DNA of 64,000 bases from Histomonas meleagridis 2922-C6/04-290x (lineage: Eukaryota; Protista; Parabasalia): the NCBI GenBank assembly GCA_020184695.1, contig JAANOX010000278.1, forward strand, positions 455,562-519,561, given 5' to 3'. A program made the position numbers and the translations under genes. This document shows positions 21,073-31,928 of this stretch, piece by piece. How positions within the stretch are numbered: the stretch's first letter is position 1; each line of letters opens with the position of its first letter. The notes under the pieces were generated by a model. That model saw only the letters and a program-made list of their open reading frames with translations, did not search any database and was not told where the DNA came from.

Positions 21073-21723
21073 ATGAGACTCACTCTCGCTTATCCAGATC
21101 ATGGGACACAAATTTGCATTGATGTAGAAGATCCTGTTGCTCTTAATAGCCTTTACGATCACCGTCTTGGTCAGGACATTGATGGTTCAATTCTTGGACA
21201 ACAATTTGCAGGATATCTTTTCCGTCTTGGTGGTGGATTCGACAAGCAAGGATTCCCAATGAAACAAGGTGTTCTTACTCCACGTCGTGTTCGTCTTCTT
21301 CTTCGTGCAGGCACATCTTGCTATCGCCCACGTAAGGATGGAGAACGCAAGAGGAAAACTGTCCGTGGCTGTGTCATTTCATCAGAAATCTCTGCTCTCC
21401 ACCTCATAGTTCTTAAGAAGGGTGATGCTGAAATTGAAGGTCTTACAGATAAAGTCGTTCCACGTCGTTATGGACCAAAGCGTGCTACAAGGATCAGGGC
21501 TATCTTTGGTGCTGATAAGAAGGCTGATGTCACCAAGCTTGTTCTTCGTCGTGAAGTTAAGCCAGGCAAATTCACACAACCAAAAATCCAACGTCTTATC
21601 ACCCCACGTCGTCTTGCTCGTAAGGCTAAGTTCTTGAAGGAAAAGAAGGCCCGTAGGGAAGCAGCTGTTAAGAAGGCAGAAGCTTATAAGGCATTACTCG
21701 AACAAAGAGGTCTCAAGCACTAA
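21073..21723 (+). CDS. RPS6: 40S ribosomal protein S6 (eS6)
   Basis: GGFDKQGFPMKQGVL, RVRLLL, CYRPRKDGERKRKTVRGC, PRRYGPKRA, PKIQRLITP; high-expression codon bias. ATG at 21073. Confidence 0.98.
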   Translation: MRLTLAYPDHGTQICIDVEDPVALNSLYDHRLGQDIDGSILGQQFAGYLFRLGGGFDKQGFPMKQGVLTPRRVRLLLRAGTSCYRPRKDGERKRKTVRGCVISSEISALHLIVLKKGDAEIEGLTDKVVPRRYGPKRATRIRAIFGADKKADVTKLVLRREVKPGKFTQPKIQRLITPRRLARKAKFLKEKKARREAAVKKAEAYKALLEQRGLKH

Positions 21724-21970
21724 ACCATTAATTTTGACATATTGTTTGATCTATGCTTCTGAATTGGTGTCATTTTAGAATGTATCTTATTTATATATAT
21801 CTCAAAAAATACATTTAAAAAATAAGGTGCATGAGAATCTTTCATGTATCTGAGCTATATTATTTAGGTTTCTTTAAAAATATTTTTTTTAATGGCGCTA
21901 TTTTGATTTTTTTGGTCGCTTAATCCCCAAGGCAAAATGTAAACCATAGAAACACAAAAACAAAGAGAAA

Positions 21971-22651
21971 ATGGGTTTCAGACCTTGCGAGTCAAGAAAT
22001 GACCTTCTTAACAGATGGGTTCGTATGAAGAGAGAAGAGCGTTTTGAGAAGTATTGGGAAAAGCCAACAGATCCTGGTACTGTTCTAACACTTGCCGAAT
22101 GCGAAAGATGGAGAAAACGTGTACTTGAAACAATGGATGAAAAACTCACTAGATTATACACAGAGCCAATCCCACCAGCAGAAACGCGTTTTTTGAATGA
22201 TGAAGTAAATAAAATGATAAAGGAGGTGCGGCGGTGGGAGATGAGAATAGTGGAGCTAGGGGGTATTGATTATTCCAGAGTAGGGGTGAAAATGCCTGAT
22301 GGAGATATCCTTAATACAAATAATAATCAATATCAATATTTTGGAAGAGCCCGAAATCTACCAGGAGTAAAAGAACTCCTTGAGGAAGAGAGAAAGCAAT
22401 TAATTGAGAAAGCAACTGGGGCACAAAAAATTAACAAAGAACAATTAATGGAGAAAGTTAATTCGGATTACTATGGCTTAATGGATGATGAAAAGATAAC
22501 TGAACAAGAGATAAAATTTGCAATGGACAATAATTATGATAACTTTTCATGGGAGCCTGATTTAACACCAGCCAAAATACCACAGCCACATGAAATCCAA
22601 ATTGGGCTCAACGAGCTGTACTCTGGTAAAACAGCAAGCGTTATTGTTTGA
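21971..22651 (+). CDS. ISY1: Pre-mRNA splicing factor ISY1
   Basis: ECERWRK, RFLNDEVNKMIKEVRRWEMRIVELGGIDY, YQYFGRARNLPGVKELLE. Confidence 0.92.
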   Translation: MGFRPCESRNDLLNRWVRMKREERFEKYWEKPTDPGTVLTLAECERWRKRVLETMDEKLTRLYTEPIPPAETRFLNDEVNKMIKEVRRWEMRIVELGGIDYSRVGVKMPDGDILNTNNNQYQYFGRARNLPGVKELLEEERKQLIEKATGAQKINKEQLMEKVNSDYYGLMDDEKITEQEIKFAMDNNYDNFSWEPDLTPAKIPQPHEIQIGLNELYSGKTASVIV

Positions 22652-23056
22652 TTGATGAACTGGGAATCCATAACCTAAAAAACAATTTTTTTGAAATAAT
22701 TTTTTTTTTTGAAAATGTATAATTACCTAAATTTTTGGTACAAACAAAAATCGTTTTGTTCATGTAATGCGTCGTTATTATATTTTTATTTAATTCATAT
22801 GAAAATTTCATTTTTTGAAATATGTTTCTTCCATTAAATAGAACAAAATCTGAATGTCCTATTGTATGCATACATGAAAATTTCATTCAAATTTGCTAAA
22901 TATTGTTTAATCAATTGCATTGCTAAAGCAATGCTAAATTTGAAAATATGATTAAAAATGTATATACTTATTAAATTTTTTTATTTATTGAAGTTGTGCA
23001 TGCAAACATATTAAAGCATATCAATTATACATAAAAAAATAAATAAAATATAAAAA

Positions 23057-23647
23057 TCATTTAGCCATTAAATCTTGTGGGTTCTTAGAACTGTCACCGT
23101 TAATGTCATTCCTTAATGAGAAGAAGGTAGCAAAAGGCATCAGTATTAAATTGATTCCTGCTTTTTCTACAAAGAAAATCCAAACCAAGGCAATGACCAG
23201 TCCTGGAACAAAGCTAACCGCACACATTCCCCATGTTAAGTAGTTTAAGATTGGCCGAGATATAAATGTTAAAACAGTCAATACAGTCCAAATAATTCCG
23301 CTTGATAAATCATGTGATATTTTTGCGATGTACCGATAAAAAGAGATAATAGCCATTGCAAAGCATATGGCTACATATGTTGATGGAACATAAAAACCGA
23401 TATAACACGTTTCTTCTAATGTTTCCATTCCAAATGCTGACTTTAGTATAAATTCATTAATAAAAGCTGTAACTGCAATCATAAGGAGGTTAGAAAAAGT
23501 TGTTAATCTCTTTGTTGTTAATAGTCTGAATATTTGTGAAAAAATTCCCATTGGAGCTAGAGGTATCATAAGAGAGAACAGTAAGGTCCACTTCCTATTT
23601 TCATCCCAACAACTTTTCCAGAACCAGAGATAATGAATCTTTCTCAT
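23057..23647 (-). CDS. DOLPP1/PAP2-like membrane protein lacking catalytic histidines
   Basis: INEFILKSAF, YVPSTY and SRPILNYLTWGMC correspond to PAP2 C1-C3, with RP and both His residues missing. ATG at 23647. Confidence 0.6.
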   Translation of the reverse strand: MRKIHYLWFWKSCWDENRKWTLLFSLMIPLAPMGIFSQIFRLLTTKRLTTFSNLLMIAVTAFINEFILKSAFGMETLEETCYIGFYVPSTYVAICFAMAIISFYRYIAKISHDLSSGIIWTVLTVLTFISRPILNYLTWGMCAVSFVPGLVIALVWIFFVEKAGINLILMPFATFFSLRNDINGDSSKNPQDLMAK

Positions 23648-23722
23648 TTTCCAAGTTTTTTTAATGATTTTCATATCACATTTCACATAATTTATATTTC
23701 ACGTCACATTACACAAATTTCG

Positions 23723-24934
23723 ATGAGTGAGACACAAAACGCTGATCAGACAAAAAAACATCCAGCAATTCTTGATATTGACATGAATCACTCATCGAAA
23801 GATTCGATAGTTTTATCAATTTTTCTTTTATTTTTCTTTGCATTTGCCATGTTTAATAATATATTTGATTCCGAAGTATATGTAGAAGAATCAACATTTC
23901 CTTTTGATACAAATTGCCAAACAAAATTAAAGCATGTTGCATTTGAATTAAGTTCAATGAAAATGGATAATTGTCCAATGAAGATCGATATTTCATTTAA
24001 AATTAATAATAACATTATTAAACCTTTTTATAACATCTCATTTGATGTTGCAATGACTCATACATATCAAAGCAAGTCATATTTATTCCATCGTTTTCAG
24101 CATAGATATGCTTTATTTGGTTCATCCAAGCCTGGTATGGTCACTGATCCAGTTACTATTTATACAGGTATGGTTCCCAAATATGATTCTCTCTTTATAT
24201 CATTAACTGCTCGCGAAGATATCAGTGAATTCAGTTCATTAGTTGCCACTGTTTATTATGATCCATCACCCACTGATTTGTCATATTTCTTTACTATTTT
24301 TGCATGTGTTTCATGTACTATTTTACTCATCAATCACATCATCAATTTTTGGTATCATCGAAAAGAAATCATACCAAAAGAATTCTATGTTACCTTTGTT
24401 TTATTGGTCATTGGAGCCATTATCTTTTGGGTATTAATGTTTTCTGGCTTGAATTCGTTTTTTGGCGAATCATTGGTTTCGGTTTATTCTGCCGCATTGA
24501 GAGGGTTCTCAATTTGGGTCATTTTGAATTTGGTTGTAAAGGACACATCAAAGCTGAACATCATCATCATCCTGTTGTCTTCAGCAATTGCCGCAGTTGA
24601 GGTAAGTGAGGCGGGTATAATATATGCATCTGTTTCGGAGCTAACAAAATTAGATTTCCCTTTAATTATTTTGTACGATTGCATTTTCCTTGTTACAGCC
24701 GTTTACGGAAATATGAAAATAGAGGAGAAGAAGAAATCCAAATTATCCAAATATTTGGTGTTGGGAACTCTAATGATGTTTTATTGTACTTTTATATCAC
24801 TGAGATTAAGTGATAGTAACTATGATAGAATGAGAAATACCATTCAGTTCTTTAAAAGAGTTGTGGTATTCGGTTATTTAATGTGCATTGTGTCATTCCA
24901 TGTGATTCAGATTCAGAAGGTGAAAGGTGAATAA
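23723..24934 (+). CDS. Hypothetical multi-pass membrane protein (TM, lumenal domain, about 7 TM)
   Basis: ATG at 23723 preceded by TCACATT Inr-like motifs; hydropathy pattern only. Confidence 0.65.
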   Translation: MSETQNADQTKKHPAILDIDMNHSSKDSIVLSIFLLFFFAFAMFNNIFDSEVYVEESTFPFDTNCQTKLKHVAFELSSMKMDNCPMKIDISFKINNNIIKPFYNISFDVAMTHTYQSKSYLFHRFQHRYALFGSSKPGMVTDPVTIYTGMVPKYDSLFISLTAREDISEFSSLVATVYYDPSPTDLSYFFTIFACVSCTILLINHIINFWYHRKEIIPKEFYVTFVLLVIGAIIFWVLMFSGLNSFFGESLVSVYSAALRGFSIWVILNLVVKDTSKLNIIIILLSSAIAAVEVSEAGIIYASVSELTKLDFPLIILYDCIFLVTAVYGNMKIEEKKKSKLSKYLVLGTLMMFYCTFISLRLSDSNYDRMRNTIQFFKRVVVFGYLMCIVSFHVIQIQKVKGE

Positions 24935-25488
24935 GTTTTTGTGGATTATTTTTTTGTAGTTTGATCAAACAGAAATGTTAAATAAAAAAATGTTTAAAAA
25001 AACGATTTTTCATCGAACATACGCAGTACCTTTAACTTAATTTATTGATGAAAATATTTTCACCAGATAGAAGGGAAGATCAGACATGTGATATGAAATG
25101 GAGCGTTCCGAAGTAAATTTGATTTAAAATCTTTACGAATTCTTTCATTATGACTTCTATATATAACATGGTTTTCATAACATTTTGATACGAGAGAATG
25201 TGTGATTAAAATCAATAGATTGACCTTTGTTACAATCAACTTCAAGTACAGAGCGAACAAAAAGATGAATTGGTTAGTAAAAATGAATGTTTTTAAAGAT
25301 TTATTAAAAAGTAGGTATTGTTTGATTTGGAAGTTGGGCTTTGCTTTACCCGATAAGAGCAGTAAAAATCGACATTAAAAAGTGTCAAACAGTAAAACGC
25401 TCAAATTTTGAATTGATAGATACGATAATTCAATTGTTGTAACGCTCTTCACTTCACCCAATGCATTTTTTATTTTTACTCATAAATA

Positions 25489-28074
25489 TTATTCCTTAAC
25501 CAAAAATGATGGTGGCCTTACATGTTGTCTTACACTATATCTTCTTCTTACCGCTACTCCTGGTTCGCGAGGTTGTTCTCTCACGGTTTGCGCTGGTGTC
25601 TCCGTTTGCACGTCATCGTTCGTGAGTATACTTGGCGGCGGCGCTCCTCCGATGACAGTGCCAGAACGGCGCTTGTTCATTGGGACACCCATCGGCCCTC
25701 CCATCGGTGCGCCCATTGGCATTCCCATGGGCCTTCCCATCGGAGTGTCCTTGAACATAACAAGACGCTCTCTGATGCTTCCGCGCCGCTCAGGAGGATT
25801 ATTGTTCCGATTCGGCGCTGGCGGATTTTCGCGTGTCTGTGGCGGTGGCGCTGCAGGCGGCGTTGACGATGGCGATGGTGATGGCTGTAGAGCTGGTGGC
25901 GTTCTTTGGAATGCTGACATTCGGTTCCGAACTGATGATGATGAAGAAGAAGGTGCGGGTGAGGGTGCGGGCGATGGCGCAGCATTGTTTCGCTGGAAGG
26001 CAGAGAGCCTATCACGAATGGAGCTGCCGGATGAGGATGCTGGCGATGGTTTAGGTGGCTGTGCGCGGAGTGTTGGCTGGGGAGGCGGCTGTGCTGTTGG
26101 CGATGGTGCTGGAGTAAACTGTGTGCGGAGCCTTGGCGAAGGAGGTGCTGCAGTAGGCTGTTGCGGCGGCGGTGCTGTTGGTGGAGGTGCTGGTGTAAAC
26201 TGTGTGCGAAGCTTTGGCGAAGGAGGTGCTGCGGTAGGCTGTTGCGGTGGTGCTGGAGTAAATTGTGTGCGGAGCCTTGGTGAAGGCGGTGCTGCGGTAG
26301 GTTCATGTTGAGGTGGTGCTGAAGTAGATGGAGCTGGCTTTGACGGTTGTGTTGTCGGCGCAGGTGTTGCTGTTGTTGCTGGCTTAGGAGGCTGTGTATG
26401 CTGTGTTGATGTTGATGATGTTGTCGCTGTTGTTGTTGGTTTAGGAGGCTGTGTATGCTGTGTTGATGTTGTTGATGGTGTTGTTGTTGGTTTAGGAGGC
26501 TGTGCGTGCTGTGTTGATGTTGTTGTTGGTTTAGGAGGCTGTGTATGCTGTGTTGATGTTGTTGATGTTGTTGTTGTTGGCTTAGGAGGCTGTGTATGCT
26601 GTGTTGATGTTGATGATGTTGATGGTGTTGTTGTTGGTTTAGGAGGCTGTGCGTGCTGTGTTGATGTTGTTGATGTTGTTGTTGTTGGTTTAGGAGGCTG
26701 TGTATGCTGTGTTGATGTTGTTGATGTTGTTGTTGTTGGTTTAGGAGGCTGTGCGTGCTGTGTTGATGTTGTTGTTGGTTTAGGAGGCTGTGTATGCTGT
26801 GTTGATGTTGTTGATGGTGTTGTTGTTGGTTTAGGAGGCTGTGCGTGCTGTGTTGATGTTGTTGTTGGTTTAGGAGGCTGTGTATGCTGTGTTGATGTTG
26901 TTGATGGTGTTGTTGTTGGTTTAGGAGGCTGTGCGTGCTGTGTTGATGTTGTTGTTGGTTTAGGAGGCTGTGTATGCTGTGTTGATGTTGTTGATGTTGT
27001 TGTTGTTGGCTTAGGAGGCTGTGTATGCTGTGTTGATGTTGATGATGTTGATGGTGTTGTTGTTGGTTTAGGAGGCTGTGTATGCTGTGTTGATGTTGTT
27101 GATGTTGTTGTTGTTGGTTTAGGAGGCTGTGCGTGCTGTGTTGATGTTGTTGATGGTGTTGTTGTTGGTTTAGGAGGCTGTGTATGCTGTGTTGATGTTG
27201 TTGATGGTGTTGTTGCTGGCTTAGGAGGCTGTGTATGCTGTGTTGATGTTGATGGTGTTGTCGCTGTTGTTGTTGGTTTAGGAGGCTGTGTGCGAAATGA
27301 ATTTGCGGGTGCAGGTGCTGTATGCTGTGGTGCGGCGTTATTTTTCCAAGCAGCAAGCCTATCACGCATGGACATACCTGTGGACGAAGAAGTTGTTGAT
27401 GGTTTTGACTGTACTGTTGTTGGCGTTGGTTTTGACTGTACTGGAGTTGTTGGTTTTGTCTGTTCACCTGTTGTCGAAGTTTTTGGTTTTGCTTGTGTTG
27501 TTGTTGCTGATGTCGTAGGTGTTGTTGGCTTTGATTGTACTGTTGTTGTAGATGTTGTTGGCTTTGATTGTACTGTTGTTGTAGATGTTGTTGGCTTCGA
27601 TTGTGCTGTTGATGTTGCTGGTGTTGCTGGTTTTGTTTGTGCTGTAGTTGTTCTTGAATTTTGTTGTGGTGTTGAAGCATTACTTCTTCCTTGGAATACT
27701 GAAAGTCTGTCTTTCATAGACATTCCTGTTGATGTTCCTGTTGAAGTTGGTGGGTGTGAGGATGTTGTTTGTTGTTGGCGTTGCTGGACTGTATTAGTTT
27801 GACTAGGAGTTGATGGATGTTGTGCTTGCGTTGGTTTCGAAACATTTGATTGAGGCGTTGCTTGCGCCGGTTGATTTGTTGTATTAGCCGTATACGCCTG
27901 TGGTGGCTTTGGTTGAGTTGAAGCAGATGCATTGCTTTTTCCTGAGAAAGCTGATATTCTATCTCTCATAGAAGTTCCTGTGGATCGAAAAGCCGATGCC
28001 TGACCAGGCTGCGGAGGGTTTCCTTGGTTCGCATTATTTTGGAAAGCATTAATCCGATCCCTGAAAGAACTCAT
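25489..28074 (-). CDS. Low-complexity Thr/Pro/Gln-rich protein with seven S-x-R-D-R-(L/I/M)-x-x-F motifs
   Basis: 861-aa ORF with ATG and stop; internal tandem repeats; recurring short amphipathic motif. Confidence 0.8.
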   Translation of the reverse strand: MSSFRDRINAFQNNANQGNPPQPGQASAFRSTGTSMRDRISAFSGKSNASASTQPKPPQAYTANTTNQPAQATPQSNVSKPTQAQHPSTPSQTNTVQQRQQQTTSSHPPTSTGTSTGMSMKDRLSVFQGRSNASTPQQNSRTTTAQTKPATPATSTAQSKPTTSTTTVQSKPTTSTTTVQSKPTTPTTSATTTQAKPKTSTTGEQTKPTTPVQSKPTPTTVQSKPSTTSSSTGMSMRDRLAAWKNNAAPQHTAPAPANSFRTQPPKPTTTATTPSTSTQHTQPPKPATTPSTTSTQHTQPPKPTTTPSTTSTQHAQPPKPTTTTSTTSTQHTQPPKPTTTPSTSSTSTQHTQPPKPTTTTSTTSTQHTQPPKPTTTSTQHAQPPKPTTTPSTTSTQHTQPPKPTTTSTQHAQPPKPTTTPSTTSTQHTQPPKPTTTSTQHAQPPKPTTTTSTTSTQHTQPPKPTTTTSTTSTQHAQPPKPTTTPSTSSTSTQHTQPPKPTTTTSTTSTQHTQPPKPTTTSTQHAQPPKPTTTPSTTSTQHTQPPKPTTTATTSSTSTQHTQPPKPATTATPAPTTQPSKPAPSTSAPPQHEPTAAPPSPRLRTQFTPAPPQQPTAAPPSPKLRTQFTPAPPPTAPPPQQPTAAPPSPRLRTQFTPAPSPTAQPPPQPTLRAQPPKPSPASSSGSSIRDRLSAFQRNNAAPSPAPSPAPSSSSSSVRNRMSAFQRTPPALQPSPSPSSTPPAAPPPQTRENPPAPNRNNNPPERRGSIRERLVMFKDTPMGRPMGMPMGAPMGGPMGVPMNKRRSGTVIGGAPPPSILTNDDVQTETPAQTVREQPREPGVAVRRRYSVRQHVRPPSFLVKE
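26370..27290 (-). repeat. Coding minisatellite encoding STQH(T/A)QPPKPTTT units of variable length
   Basis: About 20 copies of ggtttaggaggctgtg(t/c)(a/g)tgctgtgttgatgtt on the + strand. Confidence 0.95.
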
Positions 28075-28935
28075 GTTTGCGCGTAATAAATGTCAGTTAT
28101 TAATTGAAATTATCGTCATATAAACGTTCGAAAATGTCCTTTATCAATTTGAAAAGCGGCAAAAATTAGTTTCTTTCAATTTATTATGGGGAAAATTAAA
28201 TGACTTTAACTTCAATTTGAAGAAGAGATAAAACATTAAAACTCAAATTTAAGTATGCACGCTACTTGGAGTTTTTAACTTTAAAGAAACTTTTTTATTA
28301 TAATATTATTTCGAATTAACCCAAATTATTTATCATATAGATATGTATTAGGTTATTTGTTCTGGAATTTTCCTTTGGAATGGCTTCAATTTTGGATTTT
28401 GAGCGAAAATAATGGATTCTTGTTAAATCACAATCATCCAATTGGATTCATTAATGAAAGTTATTTAATCGTTTTGCACGGTTTTCGTGAGTCCCTTTAA
28501 AAGTGATGACTGTAATGTTACAGTTTTTAGGGGGGGTTAAGAAAATATTAACTCAGTCTGTTTGCATAAGAAAAATTCAAATAACATGTCTGTTTATTTA
28601 ACCGTTATTTCTTTGCTTTGCAATTTCTAGCAAAAAAATTTGCCTTTTAATGTGCAAAAATAAAAATGAGAATTTTAATAAGTTATAATCGTTATAAAAT
28701 GTTATAACATTTTTTGTTTTAAGATTTTATAAATGATTAAATGTACTCAGTGAAATTCGTTTTTGGAAAAAAATGAGTTAGCTTTTTTGTTCGTTAAGCA
28801 TGGCTTTGTTCTTTTTGGCTACGTTTTTGGTTGGCTGGTTTTGCAAAGCACAAAAGGTGAACTTCCTGGTGAAGTAAATTTGAGAGCAAAACCGTCTTTA
28901 AAGCACTTTTGATTGATGTGATAGTTGATGTTAAA

Positions 28936-28946
28936 TCACTTCATTT
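28936..28946 (+). promoter_or_regulatory. Initiator (Inr)-like elements TCACTT/TCATTT
   Basis: Trichomonad Inr consensus TCAYW located 8-18 nt upstream of ATG 28954. Confidence 0.5.
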
Positions 28947-28953
28947 TTATATT

Positions 28954-29217
28954 ATGTCCCAAGAGCAAGTTGAGCAAACAACAACTGAACAACAAAGCCA
29001 AGAAGAAGCGAAGGTAGAGACTAAAGAACAAGAACAAATTGAAACTACAATTGAAGATAATCATCTTCCTCCAGAAGCTGAAGAAAACAATGTAAATACA
29101 CCTGTCGAAACACCAGGAGAAGATAAAGTCGAAGAAGCCAATGAGGAAACTGAAAACGAGAAAGTTTTAGAGCAAAGTGCTGAAGACAAGTCTACACAAG
29201 CTGCAGTTACTGAATAA
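28954..29217 (+). CDS. Small acidic (Glu/Thr-rich) hypothetical protein, 87 aa
   Basis: ATG with Inr; E-rich codon usage typical of expressed genes. Confidence 0.6.
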   Translation: MSQEQVEQTTTEQQSQEEAKVETKEQEQIETTIEDNHLPPEAEENNVNTPVETPGEDKVEEANEETENEKVLEQSAEDKSTQAAVTE

Positions 29218-29629
29218 AATTTTGCTGCAAAGAAATTTCTTCTGTTTTTTCCAAAAGAAAACAGAATTTTTTGTTAAAAAATTGAAAATCCAAATATAAA
29301 TTGATCAATTTAAAACACTTCTCGCTTGGTTTGCGGAAGAAAATGTTTGCGGAAACGAGTACATCCTAATGCACATGAAACCGTATGATTCACATTATAT
29401 TATATTATATGAATATATATATATCTATATATATTTCTCTCTAATAATGAATATATGAATAAGATTAATAACTATAATGGACTTTCGCTTGTAAAGCACC
29501 GTGAGCGTTTGCTTATAAGTTGTTAATTTTGTGGTACATTTGGAGCTATTGATGAATTAGAAGTGACGATTAAAACCGTGGTGTAAAATATACGTTAAGC
29601 ATTTGACCGGTTAAAACGTTATTTTCCAG

Positions 29630-30208
29630 ATGTTTCGCGATCGATATCAAGCAGGGTTTTTAAATTTGTTTTATTCTGTTGGTTCCAAACCTCTAAGTAT
29701 ATGGGATCAGCATGTAGAAAATGGGTATATTAAAAGAATCACAGATCAAGACATTAGAAGTTGTGTCATTGAAATCGTAAGTACAAATGTAAATAGCACA
29801 TATATAACATGTCCTAAAGGACCTAGAGAAGAACTTGGAATCAAATTACCATTTCTTGTTTTGGTTCTCAAATATCTCAAAAAATATTTTACTTTTGAAA
29901 TTCAAGTTTTGGATGATATGAACATGCGCCGTAGGTTCAGAGCTTCAAATTATCAGTCCAAAACGCGCGTGAAGCCTTTTGTTTGTACTCTTCCAATGCG
30001 TTTAGATCCAGGCTGGAACCAAATTCAATTCAACCTTTCCGACTTCACACGCCGCGCTTATGGTACAAACTATCTTGAAACTCTTAGAGTTAGTGTTTAT
30101 GCAAATTGTAGAATTAGGCGAATTTACTTTAGTGATCGTCTATATACAGAAGACGAAGTGCCACCTGAATATCGCCTTATACCTAATAAAACTGAAAGCG
30201 AAGAATGA
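29630..30208 (+). CDS. CFAP20: Cilia- and flagella-associated protein 20 (BUG22)
   Basis: Highly conserved family sequence: [69 protein letters not shown]. Confidence 0.97.
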   Translation: MFRDRYQAGFLNLFYSVGSKPLSIWDQHVENGYIKRITDQDIRSCVIEIVSTNVNSTYITCPKGPREELGIKLPFLVLVLKYLKKYFTFEIQVLDDMNMRRRFRASNYQSKTRVKPFVCTLPMRLDPGWNQIQFNLSDFTRRAYGTNYLETLRVSVYANCRIRRIYFSDRLYTEDEVPPEYRLIPNKTESEE

Positions 30209-30298
30209 GCAAATTGTCAAGCAATGTATAAAGGAGCACCTTTATAAAATTATCACAAAATAAAAAAACGTTATATAAATATTTGAAAAAGTCGTGTA

Positions 30299-31045
30299 AT
30301 GTTCTCTAAATATTCAATGTTTAAATGGTCAGAGCAAATGAACGTTGCAAACACTGAAAGATACAAAGAATGGCAAAAACAATACTCGTCAGTATTTGTT
30401 CCAGAAAATCTCCAGAGATCAGATGAGACCAAGTTAATAGAAGGTTATTCTGTTCATTCAAAATTTTTTCAGGGAGGAGAGAATTCTTTATCAGCTTATG
30501 AAAATGAATTGGTTGATTATCAAGGGCAAGTGATTTATAGGTGGAGGAACTTAGATTCTCATCAAAGTTTGTCGATGTTTAAACATCGAAATGGGAATCA
30601 TTATCTTGTGTTTCAGATAGAGTTATATGGATATAGTGTGTATGAGTTAGAAGCTGGGAAGGAAATGCATTTTGTGCCATTACAAGTTCATCCTGAAAAT
30701 AAAAAAAATTTTGTTGAAGTATTCATCTGGACATCGGCTGACTATGATCCGAATAGTGATCTTTTGGCCGTAGGTGGCTGTTATTGGGCATGCCCTTGGT
30801 CAACAATTGTTGTTGATTTTGCAGATCCTCTCCATGAACAACCTGTCGAGCATTGGTTGTATGTCGAAGATTTAATTGATTCCAAGCAAATTGATGGCGA
30901 TGTGGATTTCGAAAGTTGGGTCGACGGAAATCTTCTACTTAATATCAATTCCGAAAATCAACATAAAATTCTATTACCAATATCAAACATAAAAAACGCC
31001 TTGATAGAACTTAAGGCAAAAGATAGGGTGTGCGACTTAATCTAA
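30299..31045 (+). CDS. Hypothetical protein of bacterial appearance
   Basis: 248-aa intact ORF. FIWTSADYDPNSDLLAVGGCYWACPW..VVDFADP recalls uncharacterised bacterial proteins; not verified by search. Confidence 0.6.
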   Translation: MFSKYSMFKWSEQMNVANTERYKEWQKQYSSVFVPENLQRSDETKLIEGYSVHSKFFQGGENSLSAYENELVDYQGQVIYRWRNLDSHQSLSMFKHRNGNHYLVFQIELYGYSVYELEAGKEMHFVPLQVHPENKKNFVEVFIWTSADYDPNSDLLAVGGCYWACPWSTIVVDFADPLHEQPVEHWLYVEDLIDSKQIDGDVDFESWVDGNLLLNINSENQHKILLPISNIKNALIELKAKDRVCDLI

Positions 31046-31928
31046 CGTCTTCGATTTTTGAAACTCATTCCAAATTTTTCATAATGAAATAACGACTTAT
31101 AAATATTTTTCTCTATACAATTTTCTTTTTTTCACAAACATTTTGATCAATGCGAACAATAATTAAAATATTTTTTGACTTCTAATTTTAAAGAAAACAT
31201 CTCTAAACAAAATGATTTTTGGTAATATCAAAACGAGTTTATACCTTAATAATTTCGATTAAAGTGAAAATATAGACATAACTATCATAGCATTGTTTGC
31301 TAAATTTTATATTATATTTGTAAAAAAGATAATATTCTAAATAAATAGGAAATTATGCATAACATTATTTTCTAGATTATCTACCTCTTTCAGAAGAAAC
31401 ACATTCTTTTATTTAATATTCAAACATAAACACAAAAAAATACCACAATTTTATTGTTTTATTGCAACCATTGTGAAGAGCACTTGAATCAAATTGTTCA
31501 TTTTGCATAAGAAACGCTATTGCAATTGCTTAAAATTCTTATGGAAGAGCTTTCTTCTTTAAAGTTTAATTCCATCAATTTTCAACGGAATTACTTGTTC
31601 TAACCAGAAAGAAGTTCAGCATTTTGTTTAACAGATATTATGATAATTCGTTCCTTTTTAATCCTTGAACTCTCTCCCTACATTTTTTAGCAATTCTTCC
31701 CGAGAGAAGCTCATCAAGTAAAATTCCACGTTCAATTTCTATTATGGGAACATCTTCGAAGAAGTTGTTGAACGATCTTCTCTTGATGCTCCTGAGCTCA
31801 TTCCGTAATTTAATGGAAAGCCGCACAGTTTGCAAAGTAAATACTATGTTTAACCACATCACAACAACAACAATAACATGAAATATTTAACGGTCTCTAA
31901 TTTATTCAAATACAAAAAGTGCCATACA

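Noticed and set aside
25060-25260. 66-aa minus-strand ORF with a nearby ACTAAC
   Set aside because: No ATG, no recognisable domain, and the ACTAAC is not followed by a correctly spaced CAG.
25522-27932. Long antisense and alternative-frame ORFs, including a 667-aa poly-Gln/His frame
   Set aside because: Expected by-product of stop-poor tandem repeats within the 861-aa gene.
28504-28560. GTGATGA followed by a small hairpin, resembling a box C/D snoRNA start
   Set aside because: No box D (CTGA) or terminal stem at a suitable distance.
31560-31862. Short minus-strand coding-like fragment upstream of CCDC22
   Set aside because: Broken by stops and frameshifts, no recognisable family; could be a gene relic but is unsupported.
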